Shown here piece by piece: positions 57,855 to 64,000 of a DNA stretch of 64,000 nt. The notes under the pieces were generated by a model that did no database searches, was not told the origin of the DNA, and worked only from the letters and a program-made list of their open reading frames with translations. Where the stretch lies: NCBI GenBank assembly GCA_038204425.1, contig JBBRCZ010000007.1, positions 64,001 through 128,000 on the forward strand, in the 5' to 3' direction. How positions within the stretch are numbered: the first letter of the stretch is position 1; each line of letters begins with the position of its first letter. Both the position numbers and the translations under genes were made by a program. Source of the stretch: Spirochaetia bacterium. GTDB taxonomy: Bacteria; Spirochaetota; Spirochaetia; DSM-27196; Salinispiraceae.

Positions 57855-59117
57855 TCAAATACTCGGCGCATTGGCCAAGAGATACTCTTCTGCTTCTCGG
57901 TTCCAAAGCATATTATGTTTTTTGACAAATTGATCAAGTTTGGCATAAAACGGATTAGTCTTGCCCTGCTCAGCAAAGTCAGTCAGCGCAACCAGCTCCA
58001 AATTTTTGTGGGTGTAGATTAGTTTTTTGCCACCCGGAATCTTGTCGAGTTCTATGGTGGTGTGGGCCACGGCATTGAGCCCGCCAACATGGGTAACCAT
58101 CATAGCGGGATTGAGAATTCCTCGTCCCATCAGGTCAAGTGACTCAAGCATGTCGTCGTTGTTGCCGCCTGAGGTTCCAACGATGTGGTGCGATTCATAG
58201 TGGACGTTGTAGAAGTTAAGCGAAGCACTAAAGCTTGTGTCAGTTGGCCCTGCAAAAAAGTTGAGGCAACCATCGAGCCCCAAAATTTTGTCACCCAGCT
58301 CGAGCACTGGTTTTACCGGTGCAAAAACAAAGACATCGTCGTAGCCCTTGCCGCCGTTAGCAGCTTTAATGGTTTCTACCGGATCTTGCACATCTCGCGT
58401 GTTGAGGTAGACCAGTTTGACACCGTTCTTGGCGGCCTCTTCTACCGTCAAAATACTGGCAGCGCGGTCCAAACGGGCTTGGTCTATGTCGGTAACTACC
58501 AACAAGCTCGGCCTTCGGTCGCAATGCAAAGCGTAGTCTATGGCACCAAGACCCATCGGGCCGACCCCTGCCAGCAGAGCCATCGCTCCGCCTTTGACTA
58601 CGCCCATGTCATGCACGTAGGAGCCATTTTTGGTGTGATACTGGGCGTGAAAAGCGCCAACGATGCAGCTGACTGGCTCAGACAGCGAGCCCATAAAAAA
58701 ATTATCAGCTTTGTATTCAAGCAAACAGTCCATTTCCATAACTTCATTAGGTATAAGAACATAGGTGGCATCACCACCAATAAACTCATACGAATATCCT
58801 GGTGCCCAGAGCGTGCCTTGGTAGTTAAGCGCAGGTTGGATGGCAAACTTTTGGCCGGGCTTAAACTTGTGGGCCCATTTTTTTCCTACTTGCTCAATAA
58901 TGCCGCAAAACTCATGCCCAATCATGATTGGGTGAGTGCTAAGGTCGTGACGCACACGTTTATGCTTGGCGCCCTGCATGGCCAGTTTGTGGCTCGACAT
59001 ACAGATCGAATCCGACACTACTCGAGCAATTATTTCGTCATCACCCATGTTTGGAAGTTCAAAATCATCGAGGCGAAGGTCATTTTCGCCGTGTATCCGG
59101 ACTGCTTTAGTCTTCAT
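57855..59117 (-). CDS. sorE: L-sorbose-1-phosphate reductase-like zinc-binding dehydrogenase
   Basis: MKTKAVRIHG..DLRL, SDSICMS, GHEFCG, AGVGPMG, GCLNFFAGP, GTSGG, KIPGGKKLIY. Confidence 0.82.
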   Translation of the reverse strand: MKTKAVRIHGENDLRLDDFELPNMGDDEIIARVVSDSICMSSHKLAMQGAKHKRVRHDLSTHPIMIGHEFCGIIEQVGKKWAHKFKPGQKFAIQPALNYQGTLWAPGYSYEFIGGDATYVLIPNEVMEMDCLLEYKADNFFMGSLSEPVSCIVGAFHAQYHTKNGSYVHDMGVVKGGAMALLAGVGPMGLGAIDYALHCDRRPSLLVVTDIDQARLDRAASILTVEEAAKNGVKLVYLNTRDVQDPVETIKAANGGKGYDDVFVFAPVKPVLELGDKILGLDGCLNFFAGPTDTSFSASLNFYNVHYESHHIVGTSGGNNDDMLESLDLMGRGILNPAMMVTHVGGLNAVAHTTIELDKIPGGKKLIYTHKNLELVALTDFAEQGKTNPFYAKLDQFVKKHNMLWNREAEEYLLANAPSI

Positions 59118-59119
59118 TG

Positions 59120-60631
59120 TTACTCCTTCTTTTCTTCTGCCAGTTTGAGCCAGGCAGCTTTGTAAGCGTGATAGTCTGGTAAGCTGGTCTTAGCGACCAG
59201 TTGAAAATCTATAGTTACTTGCGCCGAAAGCGTTTGCAAGCTTTCTCCGCTTAGTGCCATGCGGGCTGTCATGGCGGCACCAAAGGCACTTGCCTCGGCC
59301 AAGTCTGTCAAAAAGCAAGGGTTGTCTGGCAAGATGGAGGCCAAAACTCGATTGTAAGCGGCGTTGATTCTAAAACCACCCTCAGTAAAGACGCTGGCCC
59401 CGGGCATCAGCCCAAGCCGTTGTAGACTTACTTCTGTCTGAATAACCAAACTCAAGGTCAAAACCGCGCAGGCAGTTTCAAAGTCCTTAAAAAAATCAGG
59501 GAGGTGCTCTCCAGACTCAATTTGAGCCGGGTTATAGCTCGTGCCATCGGCCACAACCCGTGCCACAGATTGCGTAAACTGGCCTGAACCAGCAATCAAC
59601 TCTGGCAGGACAAACTGAGTTCTGTCGCGCAATATGCGTTCAAAGACATCCTGCCTAAATTCCTTAAACTCAGCTTTTTTGCTATGTTGTTGAATTATCT
59701 TAAAGTAATAGCCAAACTCGTAGCCACCCAAAAATATCGCAATCTTGAGTGGCGTCATGAGTGCCGTCTGGTTAAAGAAGACCACTTTGCCGAGTTCTTC
59801 TTTGGCAAAAACAAAATCCTTGGCCGGATGCATGAGCACACACCAGGTTCCGGTAGAATTGAGCACAAAGTCTTTGCCATCCTGCTTACTCAAGTAAGGC
59901 AAGAGGGCAGCACTTGAGTCGTGCATGCCCATGGTCACTACCGTCTGAGGGTCGAGCCCCGTCGTGGCAGCTAGCTCAGCACTAATGCAAGCAAGCTTTT
60001 CCCAAGACTTTTGCAACCGACTTGCAAGCAGATGCCTGATGCCGAGTTTGTCTACCAAGCTGGAATAATCGTTTTTGGCAAAGTCCCAAAGATAACTATG
60101 GTTGCCAACATAAGTCGCCTCAAGCCCCACCTGTCCGCTTAGCCTAAAGCCCCAATACTGGGGGTAGTTGAGCAGATATTTGGTCTTAGCAAACTGACTG
60201 GGAAAACGCTCTTGAGCAAACATTATTCCCTTGGCGGGATTGATGAGTGACTTAAAAGAAGCACTGCCGGTCTGCGTTTGCAATTGTTCTGGACTTCCCA
60301 TGGCTTGGTAAAATCTGTCGTGGAAGTCTCCACCTGGTTCATGGGTGTAAAAGACACAAGGTACGCAAGGTTTTCCGTCTTGGCCTATACAAACAAAGCT
60401 TGCGCCATGGCTACTCACGGCCAAGGCTTTGATGGCGTGTTTTTGGCCCAAAGCGGCCAAAGATTCAATAAACCAAGCTTCCATGCCAGCCAAATCATGC
60501 AGCTCAAGACCCTCAAACAGCAAGGGTTCAAAACTGCGATATAGACTGTCAATTTGAACCAAGTCCTGATCGTAAACAGCGATTTTTTTGTTGGTCATGC
60601 CAATATCTATCACGGCGATTGCATAGCTCAT
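59120..60631 (-). CDS. FGGY-family carbohydrate kinase (RhaK-like)
   Basis: VIDIGMTN, SSHGA, YPQYW, GMHDSSAAL, STGTW, EGGF, AFGAA. Confidence 0.82.
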   Translation of the reverse strand: MSYAIAVIDIGMTNKKIAVYDQDLVQIDSLYRSFEPLLFEGLELHDLAGMEAWFIESLAALGQKHAIKALAVSSHGASFVCIGQDGKPCVPCVFYTHEPGGDFHDRFYQAMGSPEQLQTQTGSASFKSLINPAKGIMFAQERFPSQFAKTKYLLNYPQYWGFRLSGQVGLEATYVGNHSYLWDFAKNDYSSLVDKLGIRHLLASRLQKSWEKLACISAELAATTGLDPQTVVTMGMHDSSAALLPYLSKQDGKDFVLNSTGTWCVLMHPAKDFVFAKEELGKVVFFNQTALMTPLKIAIFLGGYEFGYYFKIIQQHSKKAEFKEFRQDVFERILRDRTQFVLPELIAGSGQFTQSVARVVADGTSYNPAQIESGEHLPDFFKDFETACAVLTLSLVIQTEVSLQRLGLMPGASVFTEGGFRINAAYNRVLASILPDNPCFLTDLAEASAFGAAMTARMALSGESLQTLSAQVTIDFQLVAKTSLPDYHAYKAAWLKLAEEKKE

Positions 60632-60656
60632 TGTGACAAGCTCCTTGATGTCGACA

Positions 60657-61892
60657 TTAGTGCAACATCACTTGCCCGCCCGTTACGGGCAGGGCTTGAC
60701 CGGTTTCGTACTGTTGTTCGACCAGATAAAACAGAGCTCTCATGACATCTTGACCTGTGCAGCCGCGCTTCATTGGCACCTTATTTTCATAAAAAGTCTT
60801 TACGTCAGCAATAGTTAGCGCTCCTGGCACTTTGCCAGTCCGCAGATACTGCACAAAGAGTCCTTTTTCGGGGTCAGACCACAGTGGCCCATCAAAAAAG
60901 TTGCCGGGGCATATCGCGTTTACTTTGATCCCATACTGGACTAGTTCTAGCGCAAAGCTTGCAACCAATCCAATGCCGCCAAACTTGCCACCAGCGTAAG
61001 CCCCGTTTTTGTTAGAACCTTCTAGACCGGACTTGGAGTTAATTTGCACGATGTCAGTCGTCCATTGTGGTGCCATACTGTTTTGGGCCTTTAAGAGTCG
61101 CCCAGCGTGCTTGCTGACTATAAAAAACCCGGTATAGTTTACATCCGTTACAAACTTAAAGGCCGCCAAATCTTGCTCGAGCACGCTGCCCGCCTTAAGC
61201 ACGCCAGCGTTACTGACGCACAGATCTAGCCCGCCAACACTGCGCGCGATTTGGCCAAACATGGCCTCCACCGAAGCTTCGTCGGCGACATTTGAAGCAA
61301 TGGCGATAGCTCTTGTACTGCCACTCGCTTTGTTGAGTTGGTTTGCAAGCTGATTTGCTTTGTCGAGGTTGAGGTCAGCGATGTAAACCAAACATGTTTG
61401 GGCTACCAAACCGCGTACGATTTCTTCGCCAAAACCTTGCGCTCCACCAGTTACTAGGGCGATGCGGTTTTTGAGCAAGCGGGCGGGCTGCGTGCTGTCG
61501 TCTAGGTGAGCGTCAAGCCTCCAAGCTTGTGCATCGCCTGACTTTTGGCGCGCTATGGCTTGATCGTATTCTTCTGCAATCCAAAAAGCCAGGCTTATGG
61601 CCTTGCCCTTGATAAAGACACAGGATGGAATACTAATCTGTTGATTGTCTGGCTTCTGCGTCAGGCGCCAGTTTACTAAACCCTCTTTGAGCTTTTCCGA
61701 TAAGATTGACAAAGTTTCTGTATCAAGATTTTCGCTGCTTAGTTGGTAGTCAACTTCAATCTGCAAGGCATGTTTGGGTGCCGTCGCGAGAGTTTCCGCA
61801 ACAACAAGCAAAGGAACCGAGGCAACATCCAAAATGAGCCCGCGCACACGCGGACAGAGAATTTCTAAAAGGGCATTTTCCTCGCGACTCAT
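60657..61892 (-). CDS. srlD: Sorbitol-6-phosphate 2-dehydrogenase-like SDR with a ~140-aa N-terminal extension
   Basis: TGGAQGFG, NAG, QINSKSG..GS..N.AY..GKFGG, Y..KVPMKRGC, TGQALPVTGGQVM. Confidence 0.75.
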   Translation of the reverse strand: MSREENALLEILCPRVRGLILDVASVPLLVVAETLATAPKHALQIEVDYQLSSENLDTETLSILSEKLKEGLVNWRLTQKPDNQQISIPSCVFIKGKAISLAFWIAEEYDQAIARQKSGDAQAWRLDAHLDDSTQPARLLKNRIALVTGGAQGFGEEIVRGLVAQTCLVYIADLNLDKANQLANQLNKASGSTRAIAIASNVADEASVEAMFGQIARSVGGLDLCVSNAGVLKAGSVLEQDLAAFKFVTDVNYTGFFIVSKHAGRLLKAQNSMAPQWTTDIVQINSKSGLEGSNKNGAYAGGKFGGIGLVASFALELVQYGIKVNAICPGNFFDGPLWSDPEKGLFVQYLRTGKVPGALTIADVKTFYENKVPMKRGCTGQDVMRALFYLVEQQYETGQALPVTGGQVMLH

Positions 61893-63256
61893 TCTTGTTT
61901 CTCCTTGAGTATACGGTCAGCAATGGTTCTGGCAGATTTTTGTACCGCCTGGACATCGAGTTCTTGACCAAACTCGGCATAGCGAGACAAACGCTGACTA
62001 AGCGATAGACGCGCCAGCGGGTTATCGTGGGCAAACAATGCAAGCTGAGCGTCGGCACTGGCCAGCTTTTCGTGGGCAATCAAGGCCCAAGTTGTAGCGA
62101 TCAAGTGCTTAAACTCGTCTTGCAAAACTTCTGGACAGTTGAAGGACTGGCGCGAACTATTGATGTCCACCCCAGAAATCTCCATCAGTCCGTGCTTTTC
62201 GCAAAGACGCCTAATGCGCAGCAGTTGTTCCACCGTATTGCGTGGCGGCATGTAGGTCACGGCCTGGTAACCAACTTTTACTAAGGTTTCAAATAGCTGG
62301 TCAAGAAAATCGTCTTCAAACTTTTCGGCTTTTTTGTCGCCGGTTGGCGACTCGCCCACATCACCAAGATAAGCGTAAGCAGGTATAGCTGACAGCGAGC
62401 GAGCAAAAGCAACCACTTGAGCTACCGGCAAACATTCGTCCTGAGCGGGTTGGATAAAGACTCGTTCCAAATAACCCGCTTTTAAGAGCCCAATCAGATC
62501 GTATTGATAGTGAGCATTGGTGGTGTCGGCGAGCAGACTCTGCAGTTTTGCGCTCACCTCAACGCCAAGCTTGGCTAGTGCCTCAAAGATAGCCTTGCCT
62601 GGCTTAAAGTTGCGCATCAAGAGTAAGGCTAAGGCCGAACATAAGTGGCGCTCGGTTATGCTGCCGCCTTGCTTGGACATGGACAGTGGCACCACATCTC
62701 GCTCAAAGTCCAGGCTTTGTAGTCCAAGGCCCGATGCAGAGAGCGTTTGGTTGATACGCTCGAGAATAGCTTGACTGCGGCGATTGCGCACCAGGTTCAG
62801 CGGTGCCAAAAACGCTTTGACCAAGGCAACTGACTGTGCAGGCACGCCTTGGATGGTCATGTAGGCGATGCCAGTTGAGTCTGGGTTGTTTATTTTTTTG
62901 CTGGCTATAAAAGAATCAGCTTCTTCAAAGTCAACCCTAAGCTCAAAGCCACAGGTGCTTGCGATGCCAATAATCTGACAAGCTTCCAACATTTCACGGG
63001 CAGCACCAATCGAATCGTGGTCAATGCTTCCGGCTGCCATGAGGCCAGCCTCTCGGGCTTTAAGGGCCGCCATGGCCGGGGTGTAAGGGCTAAAACTGTA
63101 GACGCTATGGATATGGTTGTTGACCTCTTGCTTGAGCGCAGGCCACAAGGGCCCGCCTTGCACAAGCAGGCTCAGGGCCTGCAAGCGCTCAGCAGAGCTT
63201 ACGCTTGGATCATTAACTTTGTCGCGCAGCAAGTCCATAGACTTAGAACTGTCCAT
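61889..63256 (-). CDS. PHP-domain metal-dependent phosphoesterase-like protein
   Basis: NNHIHS.YSFS, DHD, GFELRV, TERH, YMPPRN, SGVDINS. Confidence 0.75.
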   Translation of the reverse strand: MDSSKSMDLLRDKVNDPSVSSAERLQALSLLVQGGPLWPALKQEVNNHIHSVYSFSPYTPAMAALKAREAGLMAAGSIDHDSIGAAREMLEACQIIGIASTCGFELRVDFEEADSFIASKKINNPDSTGIAYMTIQGVPAQSVALVKAFLAPLNLVRNRRSQAILERINQTLSASGLGLQSLDFERDVVPLSMSKQGGSITERHLCSALALLLMRNFKPGKAIFEALAKLGVEVSAKLQSLLADTTNAHYQYDLIGLLKAGYLERVFIQPAQDECLPVAQVVAFARSLSAIPAYAYLGDVGESPTGDKKAEKFEDDFLDQLFETLVKVGYQAVTYMPPRNTVEQLLRIRRLCEKHGLMEISGVDINSSRQSFNCPEVLQDEFKHLIATTWALIAHEKLASADAQLALFAHDNPLARLSLSQRLSRYAEFGQELDVQAVQKSARTIADRILKEKQE

Positions 63257-63262
63257 AGTTGT

Positions 63263-64000
63263 TTAGACTCCCAAACGGTTGCGGCGCAGCAAGTCCATAG
63301 CTGTTTGTACCGTCTTTGGAGAGTGGCCTTTAAGTGGCAGGAGACGCTCGTGGATGGTGTCCACAATCCAGTCTATTTGAGGAAAGTAGTATTCTTCCAT
63401 TTCTGCTGCCGGGGTTATCCAGTTTCGGCTGCCAACCACTGCTACCGGTGCATCCAAGTGATTGAATGCCAAGGTTTGCACATTAGAAGCTACCGTGTGT
63501 AGAAATGAGCCCCGTTCTGCAGCGTCACTTGCCAAGACGAGCTTGCCGGTCTTTTTGACGGAGTCGACGATTTTTTCGTAGTTGAGAGGATTGATATAGC
63601 GAAGGTCGATAACCTCAACCGAGAGGCCGTACTGGGTCTCAAGAATCTTTGCGGCCTCAAGAGCACGATACAAAGTGGCTCCAAGAGTTGCAATCGTTAG
63701 ATCCGTACCTTGTTTTCTAACAGCTGGTTCACCTTCGGGTGTTTCGTAGTAGCCTTCTGGCACGCCGCCTTTTTCAAACTGTTCGCCAATGTCGTACAAA
63801 AGTTGACTTTCAAAGAAGATGACCGGATCCGTGCCTGCTAAAGCTTGATTGAGCATGCCTTTGGCATCGTAAGGAGTGGCCGGAAACATAGCTTTAAGAC
63901 CTGGAATGTGAGCAGCCAAGGCGGCCCAATCTTGCGAGTGTTGAGCACCGTACTTGTTGCCAACCGAAACGCGCACCACCAATGGCATTTTGAGAAGTCC
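63263..64000 (-). CDS. ThDP-dependent 2-oxoacid dehydrogenase E1 beta / transketolase C-terminal region (partial)
   Basis: YGAQHSQ, PGLK..P.TPYDAKG, DPVIFFE, EVIDLR, VKKTGK, LDAP; frame open to the window edge. Confidence 0.88.
   Translation of the reverse strand, partial: GLLKMPLVVRVSVGNKYGAQHSQDWAALAAHIPGLKAMFPATPYDAKGMLNQALAGTDPVIFFESQLLYDIGEQFEKGGVPEGYYETPEGEPAVRKQGTDLTIATLGATLYRALEAAKILETQYGLSVEVIDLRYINPLNYEKIVDSVKKTGKLVLASDAAERGSFLHTVASNVQTLAFNHLDAPVAVVGSRNWITPAAEMEEYYFPQIDWIVDTIHERLLPLKGHSPKTVQTAMDLLRRNRLGV

Noticed and set aside
58185..59165. 326-aa plus-strand ORF
   Set aside because: Antisense shadow of the well-conserved sorE-like gene; no motifs
1..64000. CRISPR arrays, tRNA/rRNA, IS elements, prophage, defence systems
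   Set aside because: None recognised by eye; a tRNAscan/Infernal run would be needed to exclude short RNAs fully

Overview
A 64-kb, gene-dense bacterial chromosome segment, most likely from a free-living spirochaete. The taxonomic call rests on a Borrelia-like murG...cvpA-holB-hk2-rrp2 gene order, CheX, a eukaryote-type hexokinase and spirochaete-style lipoproteins; it is inference, not a database result. Housekeeping genes (rlmD, purM, murG, holB, uvrB, thrS, phoU-phoB-phoR, carboxypeptidase M32, DEAD-box helicase) are interleaved with accessory genes. These include a 2.9-kaa cyclic beta-1,2-glucan synthase, GGDEF/PilZ/adenylate cyclase signalling genes, an Lgt-like plus ABC exporter operon, and a sugar-catabolic operon (ThDP E1, PHP, SrlD-like, FGGY kinase, SorE-like) that runs off the right edge. 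I found no rRNA, tRNA, CRISPR array, transposase, integrase or reverse transcriptase. Most interesting: (1) a binding-protein lipoprotein coupled to a 16-TM MFS carrying two extracytoplasmic domains, with no ABC ATPase; (2) a Thr T-box riboswitch that appears to act on translation by SD sequestration; (3) a minimal CheY-CheX-membrane CheA-like module without MCP or CheW; (4) two operons collapsed by multiple internal deletions (RND efflux; barrel plus FGE/CLec lipoprotein), one with a visible microhomology junction; (5) a ~410-nt structured helicase leader; (6) recurrent leaderless-gene promoter architecture; (7) several 17-18-bp local direct repeats. All family calls come from motif recognition by eye.
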